Part shown: positions 1 to 10,178 of the stretch, one piece after another
How the letters are laid out: the number at the start of each line of letters is the position of its first letter
Position numbering within the stretch: the first letter of the stretch is position 1
Origin: Candidatus Lambdaproteobacteria bacterium RIFOXYD2_FULL_56_26
GTDB lineage: Bacteria > SAR324 > XYD2-FULL-50-16
Direction: 5' to 3'
Assembly: GCA_001783715.1 (NCBI GenBank)
Contig: MFNF01000055.1
Coordinates: 2,849 to 66,848 of the forward strand
Length of the DNA: 64,000 bases
Position numbers and translations under genes: made by a program
The notes under the pieces: model-generated
What the model was told of the DNA's origin: nothing
Databases searched by the model: none
The model's input: the letters and a program-made list of their open reading frames with translations, nothing else

Positions 1-1
1 G

Positions 2-754
2 AGTCAAGAAGATGCCAATGACCCCACCGCCTCCGCCTACCACCAATTGGTGATGGTCGGGGATCATGACAATGGGGACCGAGCCCAGAACGTCCAACAT
101 GGGATCTTCCTCAATACGGAAAAAAAATACCTGCATTATGGCTCCTTTTTGGTGGGAGGGCATTTTACCGCGGTCCCGATCAACCCGGGGGAATATTATT
201 ACGTTGTTGCCTCCATCGACCGCTCGACCAAAACCCTCCGGTTTTACGTCAACGGCGACTTGGCCGGGGAAGAACCCTACCAGACGGAGCAGTTCAACAA
301 TGCTTACAGCCTCTTTTTGGGCAACACCTACAGTACCGGGACCAACATCAAAGGCATCCTCAACCAAGTGGCCATGTGGAGCCGTCCCTTGTCTCCGGGG
401 GAAGTCCGGGAGTTGAGTTTGATGATGTTGGACCACAACAACGGGCGGCTGGGCCTTTTTGTGTTCTGGTTACAGGCAACATTGGCGACATTGCTGTATT
501 TTCTCCACTGGCACCGAGCCTGGATCGTCTTGGAAAAAGCCGGAGCCGGAGCGGTGCGGTGGGTTTGCAGATTGGGCCAGGGTTTGTTGGAATTGGGCTT
601 TAAAGGGAAGAGAGGTCTGCTTTTGTGGCTTTGGGGGAGAGAGCTCCAAAACTTGAAGCCCCAGGACCTGTGGGATGCCGGTTTGCCGGAGGAAGCCCAG
701 GCTGCTTTGAGTCCCCAAGACCGGTTCAAGAAATTTTTACGTTCCCAACCTTGA
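2..754 (+). CDS. LamG/concanavalin-A-like lectin domain protein, C-terminal part (5' end lies outside the window)
   Basis: Frame 2 is open from the window edge to the stop at 752-754. The stretch LRFYVNGDLAGEE...FLGN...ILNQVAMWSRPLSPGEVRELS looks like the end of a Laminin-G_3 type domain. It is followed by a hydrophobic helix (LGLFVFWLQATLATLLYFL). Confidence 0.6.
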   Translation, partial: SQEDANDPTASAYHQLVMVGDHDNGDRAQNVQHGIFLNTEKKYLHYGSFLVGGHFTAVPINPGEYYYVVASIDRSTKTLRFYVNGDLAGEEPYQTEQFNNAYSLFLGNTYSTGTNIKGILNQVAMWSRPLSPGEVRELSLMMLDHNNGRLGLFVFWLQATLATLLYFLHWHRAWIVLEKAGAGAVRWVCRLGQGLLELGFKGKRGLLLWLWGRELQNLKPQDLWDAGLPEEAQAALSPQDRFKKFLRSQP

Positions 755-883
755 AGGGAACCGCTTTTACCTCTGCCCTGCCGGGAAGACCCCCTCTGGG
801 CTTTGTCTTGCAAAGCCGACTGGGATTGGATAGAGTGGCCAAAACTGCGGCAGACTGGAAACCTATTTTTTTGTAGAGCGCCT

Positions 884-2263
884 TTGAAGATTCTTTTATT
901 AGTCCCCCCTTCTCCTGACCACAAAAGGATCATCCGCAACATCGACTGTAGTCATGAGGCGAAGGCGGACTACCTTTGGCAGCCCAATGACCTGATGCTG
1001 ATTTCCGCCTTGGCCAAGGCGGAAGACGAGGTGCGGTTCGTGGACGGCACGGCGGACCGGATGTCCAGGGAAGAGTTTTTTACCACCCTGGGCCATGAGT
1101 CTTGGGACCTCTTTGTGTTTTGCCTTTCCAGCGCCGCTTGGGCTTCGGACTTTGGATACTTCCAAGAAACCCGTGCCCTGTTTCCTATGACCCCGGCCTA
1201 TGTACTGGGGGATATATTCCTGGAAAAGCCTTACCAGGAAATCATCCTCAAAGAAGCCGAGGGAATCGTGATCTTGCCTCACCAGTGTGATTTGACGGCG
1301 ATGGCCGCACCAGGGGAGAAGAACCGGCCTTTGCCGGGGGTGATGACTCAAGTGGGACAAAATGTGCTTGGCCCTCCGACCAAGCCGGTTTACAGCGAAC
1401 TGGGCTCCCCCAGGCATGAGCTGTTTCTCAAGCCGGGCTACATTTTCCCTTTCGCCCGGCACTACAAATACGCCACCGTCACCTTGATGTGGGGCTGTCC
1501 CTTTTCCTGCTCCTACTGCTCTGATGCCCACTTTCCTCCGGTCGTCCGTACGCCCGAATCGGTGTTGTCCGAATTGGAGTCCTTGGAAAAATTGGGGGTA
1601 AAGGAATTGTTTTTTGCGGACAAGACCTTCGGCTTTCCCCAGAAGAACTCCATGCCTTTATTGGAGGCAATGGCCAAGAGGTTCAAGTTTTCTTGGTCTT
1701 GTTATTTCCACCCCCAACATTACGACCCGGTTTTGCTGGACGCTATGGTCGCCGCCGGTTGCCACACCCTGATCATCGGAGTGGATTCGGCAAATCTCGA
1801 CTCTCTCTCGGTTTACAAGCGCCATGTTTCGGAAAACAAGCTCTTGGGGTTGGTCCGGCATGCGGACAAAAAGAAGGTGGATGTTTGTGCCGACTTCATC
1901 ATCGGTTTGGCCCACGAAACCCTGGAGGACGTGAAGTTGACCTTGGATTTTGCCTTGAGCCTGCCTTTGGATTATGCCTCTTTCAACATCGCTGCTCCGC
2001 TACCCGGTTCGGTGATCCGCCAGGAAGCCTTGGAGTCCGGCCTACTGACCATCGGCTCGGAAGGGTTTGACACCTTGGGGCACAGTGGGGTGCTGGCTTC
2101 GGCGAAGATCGACTCTGCCGCCTTACTCAAACTGCGGCGCAAGGCGGTGTTGAAGTTTTATCTCAGGCCTTCTTACCTGTGGCGGCGTTTGAGCCGTCTC
2201 TCCAGTCTGGAACACTTGACGATCCAGATGCGCCAAGCGGTGGGCTTGTTTACCAAGTCCTAA
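884..2263 (+). CDS. B12-binding-domain radical SAM enzyme (class B), copy 1
   Basis: Cys triad WGCPFSCSYCS (Cx3Cx2C) sits after an N-terminal Rossmann-like region (KILLLVPPSP...DLFVFCLSS). The ORF is open from TTG 803. I prefer the in-frame TTG 884 (MKILLLVPP), so the start is uncertain. Confidence 0.8.
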   Translation: MKILLLVPPSPDHKRIIRNIDCSHEAKADYLWQPNDLMLISALAKAEDEVRFVDGTADRMSREEFFTTLGHESWDLFVFCLSSAAWASDFGYFQETRALFPMTPAYVLGDIFLEKPYQEIILKEAEGIVILPHQCDLTAMAAPGEKNRPLPGVMTQVGQNVLGPPTKPVYSELGSPRHELFLKPGYIFPFARHYKYATVTLMWGCPFSCSYCSDAHFPPVVRTPESVLSELESLEKLGVKELFFADKTFGFPQKNSMPLLEAMAKRFKFSWSCYFHPQHYDPVLLDAMVAAGCHTLIIGVDSANLDSLSVYKRHVSENKLLGLVRHADKKKVDVCADFIIGLAHETLEDVKLTLDFALSLPLDYASFNIAAPLPGSVIRQEALESGLLTIGSEGFDTLGHSGVLASAKIDSAALLKLRRKAVLKFYLRPSYLWRRLSRLSSLEHLTIQMRQAVGLFTKS

Positions 2264-2464
2264 ACGAGGCCCTGACCGCTCCCCTCGCCGCAAAGCCTTT
2301 GGTGAGGGTAAGCTTGAAGTTTGCCGTTGCCAAAGGGCGGGTTTCCAAAGAAACTTAGCCAGCCCCTGCCCCAAGGACCCACCCGGATTCGGCTGGGGTG
2401 CATCGGCACCGGCGGTTGGGACGTTTGGACCTCTGGTAACCTACGAACTTGAAGGACCTAACCT

Positions 2465-3457
2465 TTGAACTTAAAAACCTGGGCAATCCGAGCGGTCAAA
2501 GCCCTCCTGGTGGGGGGAATCCTGGTCTATCTGGTCGAAAGCGAGCGACTGGACCTCAAAAGCATGGGCCTGCTGTTTTCCGAGCCCTGGACCATGCTGG
2601 CGGTGGCCCTGTTGATCCTCTTTGGAGCCAATGGTCTAGTGGCGCTGCGGTGGCGGGTTTTGATGTCCATTCATCCCGGCGCTCCCTCTTTGACCCGGCT
2701 TTTTAACATCCAGTGGATTGGACAATTTTTTGCCGCCGTGCTGCCCGGCACGGTCAGTACCGATGGGGTGAAGGCTTTTTATATCATTAAGGAATCCAAG
2801 GGAATACTCAGTAAAACTCCGATCCTTTCGGTGTTGATCATCGACCGTCTGGCCGGGCTGTTTGGGTTGGTAGTGCTTTCGGTGCTGGGGCTCGTGGTGT
2901 TGGGCAAGACCAGCCATTCCAGCGGCCTTTTGGAACTGTTCGTCTTTGGGCTGTTTGCCGGTATGTCTTTGTTCTTTATGCTTTTGCTCTTACCAATCCC
3001 CGAGCACAAAGACCCGATCCTCAAACTTTTTCCCAAGCTGCCCAAGGGCGAGTTGCTGGAGAAAATTTACCGAGCCTTTGTAAGCTTCCGTAGTCACAGG
3101 TTTTATCTCCTAGTGGGGATCTTTATTTCGGTGTTTATCCAACTGCTGTTGGTGGTCTGTTTTTATCTCCTGGGGCCTTTGGTCTGTAACTGTAGTCCCG
3201 ATCCGTTTGTCTTGGCCTTTATCACCCCCCTAGGCGAGCTTTCTACCGTTGTCCCTCTGGGGCCTGCTGGGATTGGCGTGGGTCATGTGGCCTGGGCCTA
3301 CCTTTGGGCTGAGCAAGGGATGAAGGGCGGGGCGGATGTGTTTAACCTCTTTACCATCATGCGCATCCTGGCCGGTTTGATGGGCGGGATTCCTTACCTG
3401 CTCTACAAAAAAAGGGACGGTGCTCCTCCTTCGTTGGACGACGAATCCGCCCCCTAA
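2465..3457 (+). CDS. UPF0104 / lysylphosphatidylglycerol-synthase-TM-type flippase-like membrane protein, copy 1
   Basis: Polytopic 330-aa protein with LRWRVL...PGTVSTDGVKAFY and C-terminal PLGELSTVVPLGPAGIGVGHV...GADVFNL...GGIPYLL. GAAGGA lies 8 nt upstream of the TTG start. Clear paralog of 31607-32599. Confidence 0.7.
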   Translation: MNLKTWAIRAVKALLVGGILVYLVESERLDLKSMGLLFSEPWTMLAVALLILFGANGLVALRWRVLMSIHPGAPSLTRLFNIQWIGQFFAAVLPGTVSTDGVKAFYIIKESKGILSKTPILSVLIIDRLAGLFGLVVLSVLGLVVLGKTSHSSGLLELFVFGLFAGMSLFFMLLLLPIPEHKDPILKLFPKLPKGELLEKIYRAFVSFRSHRFYLLVGIFISVFIQLLLVVCFYLLGPLVCNCSPDPFVLAFITPLGELSTVVPLGPAGIGVGHVAWAYLWAEQGMKGGADVFNLFTIMRILAGLMGGIPYLLYKKRDGAPPSLDDESAP

Positions 3458-3553
3458 GTAAAGAGGCTCCGATTTTTCTGCCCCAGACCAGCAAAACCCT
3501 ATTCTTTTTAACTGCTTGCCTTACTTTAGGGGCCAGGGAGGGGGAACCCCAAC

Positions 3554-3583
3554 TTGACAAAATCCCCACTTCCCGCCTAGTTT
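3554..3583 (+). promoter_or_regulatory. Candidate sigma70-type promoter upstream of the DegT gene
   Basis: TTGACA (3554-3559), 18 nt spacer, TAGTTT (3578-3583), about 70 nt upstream of ATG 3652. Pattern match only. Confidence 0.25.
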
Positions 3584-3651
3584 TACAAGACTTAAAAAGG
3601 CAGTTTTAGCTCACCAGGAACCGGCTCCACCTCCCTTACGACTAGGCGCAA

Positions 3652-4752
3652 ATGATCCCTTTTGTTGACCTCCAAAGCCAATACAAAGCCCTTAAAAAAG
3701 AAATTGATCCTGCCGTTGAAGCAGTGATGACCCAATGCAATTTCATCTTGGGACAGCCGGTCGCCGAGTTTGAAAAAGCCTTTGCCGCCTTTTGCGGGGC
3801 CAAATATTGTGTCGCCGTTGCCAGCGGAACGGATGCCATGTTTTTGGCCCTCAAGGCCGTGGGCGTAGGACCGGGGGATGAAGTGATCACTGTGGCCAAC
3901 ACCTTTGTGGCCACCACCTTGGCGGTCACCTACAACGGGGCCAAACCAGTGTTGGTGGACCATGATGCCAAGAGCTACAACTTAGACCCCAAGCTGATCG
4001 AAAAAAAGATCACCAAAAAGACCAAGGCCATTGTTCCGGTACACCTCTACGGACAATTGGCCGACATGGATGCCATCCTTGGCATCGCCAAAAAACATGG
4101 GCTTACGGTGGTCGAAGATGCCTGCCAAGCCCATGGGGCCGAACGGGGCGGAAAACGGGCCGGTAGCTTTGGTGCGGCGGCGGGGTTCTCCTTTTATCCG
4201 GGGAAAAACCTCGGTGCCTATGGCGACGGCGGCGGGATCACCACCAACGATGAAGCGCTGTACAACCAGTTGGTCCTGTTGCGAGGTTATGGTTCCCCCA
4301 AAAAATACCACCACGAGTTCATCGGCTACAACTCAAGGCTGGATACCATGCAAGCGGCCATCTTGAAGGTGAAGCTGGCTTACCTGGACGGCTGGAATCA
4401 AGCCCGGGCCAAGGCTGCTGGTCTGTACAACCAGAAGCTAAAAGGGGTCGGAGATTTGGTTTGCCCCGACTTGGGGGACCCAAAGTCCCATATCTTCCAC
4501 CTCTACGTGGTGCGAACCCAACAAAGGGAAGCTTTGATGAAACATCTGGGCGAACGGGGCGTTGGAGTAGGGATCCACTACCCGATCCCGATTTTCCGCC
4601 TGGGGGCCTACCAGGACCAAAACTATGACCCGGCCGAGTTTCCCAACGCCGATCTGTTTAAAGACCAGATCCTGTCCCTGCCGATGTTCCCGGAGATTAC
4701 GGAAGCCCAAATCAATGAAGTGGTGGGTGCGGTAAAGGATTTTTTTAAGTAG
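3652..4752 (+). CDS. DegT/DnrJ/EryC1/StrS-family PLP-dependent sugar aminotransferase (ArnB/WecE/PglE-like)
   Basis: N-terminus [21 protein letters not shown]...[32 protein letters not shown] and the Lys motif [14 protein letters not shown] are characteristic of this family. Confidence 0.9.
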   Translation: MIPFVDLQSQYKALKKEIDPAVEAVMTQCNFILGQPVAEFEKAFAAFCGAKYCVAVASGTDAMFLALKAVGVGPGDEVITVANTFVATTLAVTYNGAKPVLVDHDAKSYNLDPKLIEKKITKKTKAIVPVHLYGQLADMDAILGIAKKHGLTVVEDACQAHGAERGGKRAGSFGAAAGFSFYPGKNLGAYGDGGGITTNDEALYNQLVLLRGYGSPKKYHHEFIGYNSRLDTMQAAILKVKLAYLDGWNQARAKAAGLYNQKLKGVGDLVCPDLGDPKSHIFHLYVVRTQQREALMKHLGERGVGVGIHYPIPIFRLGAYQDQNYDPAEFPNADLFKDQILSLPMFPEITEAQINEVVGAVKDFFK

Positions 4753-4932
4753 CTGCCGGTCCGCACTCTGGTTGAGCGCAAAGGCAGTAGTCCTTGGCCG
4801 GTAGGGAGCCCAAGACCGGCTGCCTACCTGCGGGCATTGGCTCAAAAGGGCTTTACAGTCAGGGCGGCTTTTTGTAGCCTAGGCCCTTGCGGATGAATTC
4901 TTGTTTTAACCGAACCTTGACCCCGGATAACG

Positions 4933-6114
4933 ATGAGGCCCAATTCCCCCAATAGCGAACGGGAACTTCAAATTGAAGATGTGCTCTCTTGGGGAGCTTG
5001 GGGAGGGTATTTCCTGGTCAAACACAAGTTTTTCTGGTTGCTCTCCTCCTTGGGCCTGTTCCTGCTGCTGGGCCTTGTGGCCTTGGTGGGCGGCCGTACT
5101 CAGATCCACCAGTGGGTTGATTTTGAGATCCGGCTCGACAGCTTCGACCTGGGTCCGTTGGGGGAAATCAAACCGGCGGAGATCTCTGCAGGGTTTTCCG
5201 CCCCCGGTTTTGGCGGCTTCACGGTAAACCCGATTTGCTCCCCTTGCGACACCGGAGCTTTGGGCCGCTACCAGATCCGGGTCGAAAACCTGGGGCCCGA
5301 AGGGCTGGCCTCCCCGGAAGTGAGGCCAGAGGTCCTAAAGGAAATCAACAAGGCGGCCCAGGCGGGTACGATCAACAAGATCCGGACCCTGTTGCAGGCT
5401 CGTGCCCAGCATGGCCGGGATTTTTTGACCACCTACCGAGAGTTGAAATCCGACCTGTTTGAGTGGAAACTGTTTCGACTCAGTGCCATTGAAGGGGGGA
5501 ACTTGGTTTTCCAGCCCTTCCAGGTGAGGGCGGTGGAGTCGGCGTTTCTGGTGGTGGAACAGCTGCTGGTCGAACCGGTAAACCTGGTTCTGCTTTCGGA
5601 CCCGGTGGAGTTCCCCAAACTACAAACCCCGGTGATCGACCTGATCACCAAGATTCCCGCCAACCTGATTGTTTTTGGTGCCGAGGTGCGGCAGTCCCGT
5701 TTTCCCTTGGAATCCTATCTGGTCTTGAAACAGTCGGGGCTGGTGAACCTGGACGTGGAGTCTGTCAGGCTACGGCTGAATGCCCAGTTGCAGGCCTTGG
5801 CCCGTGATGCCAGCCTGATCCAGCAGTCCGAACAAATCAAGACCCAGCAGGTCGTCCAAGTCCTGCCGGTTTCCTCTCGGTTGGAGCGGGATTTTGCGGT
5901 TCTCTTCCCGGTGCCGGTCAAATTTTCCAGCAGCGCTCCCTTGGGCCAAATCCCCTCCCTGCCTTGGGGCTCGGTTTTTAAGGGGGTGATTCGGTATTTG
6001 TTGGTGGCGTTGCTGTTGGGCACCGGCGTAACCTGCCTGATCGGGGCTAGGTTACGTTATCCCAAGGAAGAGCGGGATTGGGCGGAGGCCCTCCGGCGCA
6101 TCGCTTGGATCTAG
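4933..6114 (+). CDS. Hypothetical bitopic membrane protein (N- and C-terminal TM helices, large central domain)
   Basis: 393-aa ORF with coding-like composition. TM helices FFWLLSSLGLFLLLGLVALVGG and YLLVALLLGTGVTCLIGA. I recognise no family. Confidence 0.55.
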   Translation: MRPNSPNSERELQIEDVLSWGAWGGYFLVKHKFFWLLSSLGLFLLLGLVALVGGRTQIHQWVDFEIRLDSFDLGPLGEIKPAEISAGFSAPGFGGFTVNPICSPCDTGALGRYQIRVENLGPEGLASPEVRPEVLKEINKAAQAGTINKIRTLLQARAQHGRDFLTTYRELKSDLFEWKLFRLSAIEGGNLVFQPFQVRAVESAFLVVEQLLVEPVNLVLLSDPVEFPKLQTPVIDLITKIPANLIVFGAEVRQSRFPLESYLVLKQSGLVNLDVESVRLRLNAQLQALARDASLIQQSEQIKTQQVVQVLPVSSRLERDFAVLFPVPVKFSSSAPLGQIPSLPWGSVFKGVIRYLLVALLLGTGVTCLIGARLRYPKEERDWAEALRRIAWI

Positions 6115-6151
6115 TCTCCTTGGTTTTAGCCCCCCTTTTATTGGCCTGCCT

Positions 6152-7774
6152 GTGCGCATCGGACTGATCCAGCAGAACTACCTCGTAGGGGACCTGAGCG
6201 GCAACCGGGAAAAGATTTTCCGGGCCGTGGCTGAGGCTCCTGCTGGGGTGGACCTGTTTGTCACCTCCGAGTTGGCCTTGCAAGGCTACCCTCCCCGAGA
6301 CCTTCTTTTGTACCACCGGTTTGTGGAGCGCTCCTTGGAGGCCGTGGAGACCTTGGCCCAAAAGTTGACCGGCTTTGCGCCGCTGCTCTTGGGCGGGGTT
6401 GAGTTTGGTTCCGCCCCCAAACGGTTACACAACTGCGCCTTTTTGCTCCACCAAGGCAAGGTGGTCCAGCGTTTCCGCAAAACCCTGTTGCCCAACTACG
6501 ATATCTTTGACGAACGTCGGTACTTTGAGCCGGGCCAAGGGGCACAAAGCTTTTTGCTGGACGGGCAAAAGATTGGGGTGACCATCTGCGAAGACGTTTG
6601 GGCCGGGAGCCCGGAAGTCCCGTTTTACGACCTGAACCCGGTGGGCGAGTTGCGAGGGGTGGATCTGATGGTCAACCTCTCTGCCTCTCCCTTTGTCCGG
6701 GGCAAACAGGCCAAGCGGGAGATGGTCTTGGGCGATGCCGCCCGGGCATTGGGGGTGCCTACCTTTTATGCCAACCAAGTGGGCGGTACCGACCATTTGG
6801 TGTTTGACGGCTCCAGTTTTGCCTTGGACGGTACGGGAGCTCTGTTGGGCAGAGCGAAGGCCTTTGCCGAGGACCTCTTGGTGGTGGACCCAGATCTTGC
6901 CCCCCAAAGAATTGAGCCCAAGTTGGGGAGCGAAGAAGAGGTGTGGCGGGCATTGGTCCTGGGAGTCAAGGACTATGCCGCCAAGTGTGGGTTCAAAACC
7001 GCCGTGTTGGGCCTTTCGGGCGGGATCGACTCGGCCCTGACCGCAGTGATCGCCGCCCAGGCCTTGGGGGCGGACCAAGTGACCGGACTGCTCCTGCCCA
7101 GCCCCTATTCGAGCCCCGGTTCGGTGGCCGATTCCTTGGCCTTGGCCCAGGCTTACGGGATCAAAACCACCACCCTGCCCATCGGGCCGATGATGGTGGC
7201 CATGGATCTGGCTTTGGCCCCCAGTTTTGAGGGATTGCCCAACGATGTGACCGAAGAGAACCTCCAGGCCCGGATCCGGGGAAACCTGTTGATGGCCTTT
7301 TCCAACAAGTTCGGTTCCCTGCTGCTGACCACCGGAAACAAGTCGGAGCTTTCAGTTGGCTACTGCACTCTGTACGGCGACATGTCCGGCGGCCTCGCTG
7401 TGATCAGCGACCTGTACAAAACCGAAGTCTATCGGCTCTGTCACTGGCTCAACCAAACCCAAGGGGGCAAGATTCCCGAGGCGATTTTGACCAAAGCCCC
7501 ATCGGCAGAGCTTCGGCCCGGCCAGACCGACCAGGATAGCCTGCCGGACTATGACACCTTGGACGCAGTGCTGCACCACCTGATCGAAGAGCGGAAGTCG
7601 GCGGCGGAGACGGCGGCCCAGGGCTTTGACCTGCCGCTGGTGGAGCGGATCAACCAATTGCTCAGCCGGGCGGAGTTCAAGCGCCAGCAGGCAGCACCGG
7701 GGATCAAGGTCAGCACCCAGGCCTTTGGTGGCGGTTGGCGGATGCCCATTGCTGCCTCCAAGACCCTGTTTTAG
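6152..7774 (+). CDS. nadE: Glutamine-dependent NAD+ synthetase (nitrilase/CN-hydrolase domain fused to NAD synthetase domain)
   Basis: GTG start. N-terminal CN-hydrolase part (RIGLIQQNY...GVTICEDVW) and C-terminal PP-loop part (VLGLSGGIDSAL...NKSELSVGYCTLYGDMSGG). Confidence 0.9.
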   Translation: MRIGLIQQNYLVGDLSGNREKIFRAVAEAPAGVDLFVTSELALQGYPPRDLLLYHRFVERSLEAVETLAQKLTGFAPLLLGGVEFGSAPKRLHNCAFLLHQGKVVQRFRKTLLPNYDIFDERRYFEPGQGAQSFLLDGQKIGVTICEDVWAGSPEVPFYDLNPVGELRGVDLMVNLSASPFVRGKQAKREMVLGDAARALGVPTFYANQVGGTDHLVFDGSSFALDGTGALLGRAKAFAEDLLVVDPDLAPQRIEPKLGSEEEVWRALVLGVKDYAAKCGFKTAVLGLSGGIDSALTAVIAAQALGADQVTGLLLPSPYSSPGSVADSLALAQAYGIKTTTLPIGPMMVAMDLALAPSFEGLPNDVTEENLQARIRGNLLMAFSNKFGSLLLTTGNKSELSVGYCTLYGDMSGGLAVISDLYKTEVYRLCHWLNQTQGGKIPEAILTKAPSAELRPGQTDQDSLPDYDTLDAVLHHLIEERKSAAETAAQGFDLPLVERINQLLSRAEFKRQQAAPGIKVSTQAFGGGWRMPIAASKTLF

Positions 7775-9951
7775 CGGCCAGCCTCCCGGCCTGGCCACCG
7801 GCCCCACAGCCCCAGCCCAACCAACAGCCCCCCCAAGGCAACCCAGCGCACCCACCGACCCCACCGGTACAAGGGGGGAGAAAACTCAAAGACCACTTGG
7901 TGCACCCCTGGTGGGACCTGAACCGCCTTGAAGGTGTAGTCCGCCCGCTCCAAAGGGGCCGGTGCTCCATCCAAGGAGGCCTGCCAGCCGGGATAGTGGG
8001 CATCCACCCACAAAAGCCAGTTGGCGCAACCGGGAGGGACGGTGACGTTCAAGGCTAAATGGGTCAGGTCAAACCGGTCCAACGTCCAGCTCCCCAGGTT
8101 GGGGCAGCTTTGGGGAGCCCCCCGTTCGAGCAGCAAAGTTTGCTCCAGGTTGGTGGAAGCCATTTTTTCCAGAAAGGCCTTTTCGTTTTGGGGGTTCTCT
8201 GGGCTTTGGGGGCTGGGGAAAACCTCGGTGTTGCCCAGCAGTAGGACCCTGGGGCCGGTGGCGAGCTGGACAAATCCGGGTAGGTCTTGGCCGCTGGGAT
8301 AAAAAAATTCTCCTTGGAAGCCACCGGGATTTTTGCCTGCAAAGATGCTTTGGCCAAAGCCAAAGAGGTGAAATCGGTCGATCCGCCGCAGGGCAGGGGT
8401 CACATAACCCCGCACGCTGGCCACTGAGCGAAGGATTGGCACTCCCAAGGCGTTCATCTCCCGAGTCCCTTCAAAGTACCTTTGTTCCAAGTCTGCCGCC
8501 TCTGCCCAGATCTGGTCCGCCCCCCTCCCGTAGTTGGGGTAGTTGGCCAGCAGATCGGAGGTTTGGCCTTCCATCCGCCGGAACACGTAGCCCAGTTCCA
8601 GAACCATCAACAGCACCACCAGGGACCGGATCCGGGTTGCTCTCCCTTGGGACCAAAGCCAAAGCAAGGCGGAAATGGCCAGTACCACAAAGTATCCGTG
8701 CAGTTCCGGTCGTTTGATTACCTCGAATTTTACGATTGCCGCCAAGGCGCAGGAGAGGGCCAAAAAGCCGAACAAAAAGGCCACCAGCCTTCGGTCTGAA
8801 TCCGAAACGGGGCGGTCTTTCAAGTAATCAAGCCCCCTGCCCACCAGGATGACCAAGGGCAGCCCCAGGTAAAGGGCGGTGCGGTGGTGCCAATGTTGGG
8901 TTTTGTATCCCGGCAGGAAGAGGTAAAAAAAGTCGGTAAACAAGAGGTAGGTCCCCGAGCCGAACACAAAGACCACCAGCCCCAGGAGCATCCAGCCCTT
9001 GAACCACCGGGGCCGGGCAGAGGGGACAAACAACGGAATCAAAGCCAACAGGTAGGCCCCGAAGCCAAACCAGGCGCTCCGAAAGACTTGGTAGTCCATG
9101 GGGCTAAAAAAGCGGTCCAACAGGTAGGCGGGGTTGAGGCCGCTCATGGCGTAGGCATAGGTAGGGTGGGTCCGTTCGGAGAACTGGACCACCAACTGCA
9201 AGAGGCTCCCCAAGGTAGGGGCGGCAATCAGCACCGCCAACAGGTGGGCCAGTCCAAAGCCCAGCCAGGGGCGCAGAGGCCGCCACTTGCCCCAGTTAAA
9301 AACCAGGATGGTGGCGGCCAAAAGCAGGCTGACGTAATAACAAACCGGCAGAAAATTGGTGGAATAAAGGATCCCCAACACCAGCCCCAACTGGAGCCAA
9401 GGCTTCCAGGTCGGTTTTTCCAGCCCCCGGAGCAGAAAATGGAGCGCCCAGGGAGCCCAGGCGAGGCCGTAAAGCCACTCGAATCCATCAGTCCCGTTGC
9501 TGGCGGCGCTCGAAAGGGTCCAGACCATCGCTCCGGCAAAACCGCCCAAGGGGCTGATCCCTTGGCCCTTGGCCAGCCACATGACCCCAGCGGCGGCGAG
9601 GCAAAAATGGATGATGATGTAGAGGTTAAAGATTCGCAAAAACCAGACCGGATTGGGGTCAAAGGCCCAGGCCAGCCCCCAGGCGGGAGGGTAGAAGCTG
9701 ACGTTGCTGATCTGGGCGAGCGCCGGGTAACCCAGGCTGATGTAGGGGTTCCAAAGGGGCTCTTGGCCCAGGCTGGCGAATTTGTTGTAAAAGTAGGACC
9801 ACCAGTAGGAATAGGCCAAGGTGTCGTTGTTAAACAGCCTCAGCTCCTCTTTGGGACCCCAAACGTAGGACCAGTGGAAAAACAGCGGCAAAAGGACAGC
9901 CAAGGCGCACAACCCCAAAAAACCCTTGTTCCCGCTTTTCCAAATTTTCAT
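7771..9951 (-). CDS. YfhO-like polytopic membrane glycosyltransferase (GT-C type)
   Basis: Many TM helices followed by an extracytoplasmic C-terminal domain, with the YfhO-type ending ...VDAHYPGWQASLDGAPAPLERADYTFKAVQVPPGVHQVVFEF plus a terminal TM. Start chosen at ATG 9951 (MKIWKSG); the ORF is open to 9996. Confidence 0.65.
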   Translation of the reverse strand: MKIWKSGNKGFLGLCALAVLLPLFFHWSYVWGPKEELRLFNNDTLAYSYWWSYFYNKFASLGQEPLWNPYISLGYPALAQISNVSFYPPAWGLAWAFDPNPVWFLRIFNLYIIIHFCLAAAGVMWLAKGQGISPLGGFAGAMVWTLSSAASNGTDGFEWLYGLAWAPWALHFLLRGLEKPTWKPWLQLGLVLGILYSTNFLPVCYYVSLLLAATILVFNWGKWRPLRPWLGFGLAHLLAVLIAAPTLGSLLQLVVQFSERTHPTYAYAMSGLNPAYLLDRFFSPMDYQVFRSAWFGFGAYLLALIPLFVPSARPRWFKGWMLLGLVVFVFGSGTYLLFTDFFYLFLPGYKTQHWHHRTALYLGLPLVILVGRGLDYLKDRPVSDSDRRLVAFLFGFLALSCALAAIVKFEVIKRPELHGYFVVLAISALLWLWSQGRATRIRSLVVLLMVLELGYVFRRMEGQTSDLLANYPNYGRGADQIWAEAADLEQRYFEGTREMNALGVPILRSVASVRGYVTPALRRIDRFHLFGFGQSIFAGKNPGGFQGEFFYPSGQDLPGFVQLATGPRVLLLGNTEVFPSPQSPENPQNEKAFLEKMASTNLEQTLLLERGAPQSCPNLGSWTLDRFDLTHLALNVTVPPGCANWLLWVDAHYPGWQASLDGAPAPLERADYTFKAVQVPPGVHQVVFEFSPPLYRWGRWVRWVALGGLLVGLGLWGRWPGREAGR

Positions 9952-10178
9952 TCCGCTCCGCTGTTTGTGGACCCAGGTCGAGGTCAAACCTTCCAACCTT
10001 GGGTCAGGCTATCCCAACCTCCAGGCCGGGGTCAACCGGGAGTAGTCAAGGAGGCCAAAGTGGGAGGGAGAACCCTTGGGGTTGACCCCGATTGGCCCGA
10101 TGGGGTACAAATCCAGAACAATGGACCGCTCCGGGGGTATCCGCCCCCAAGGTCCCAACCTTTTTTTTCCTGCGCCGC

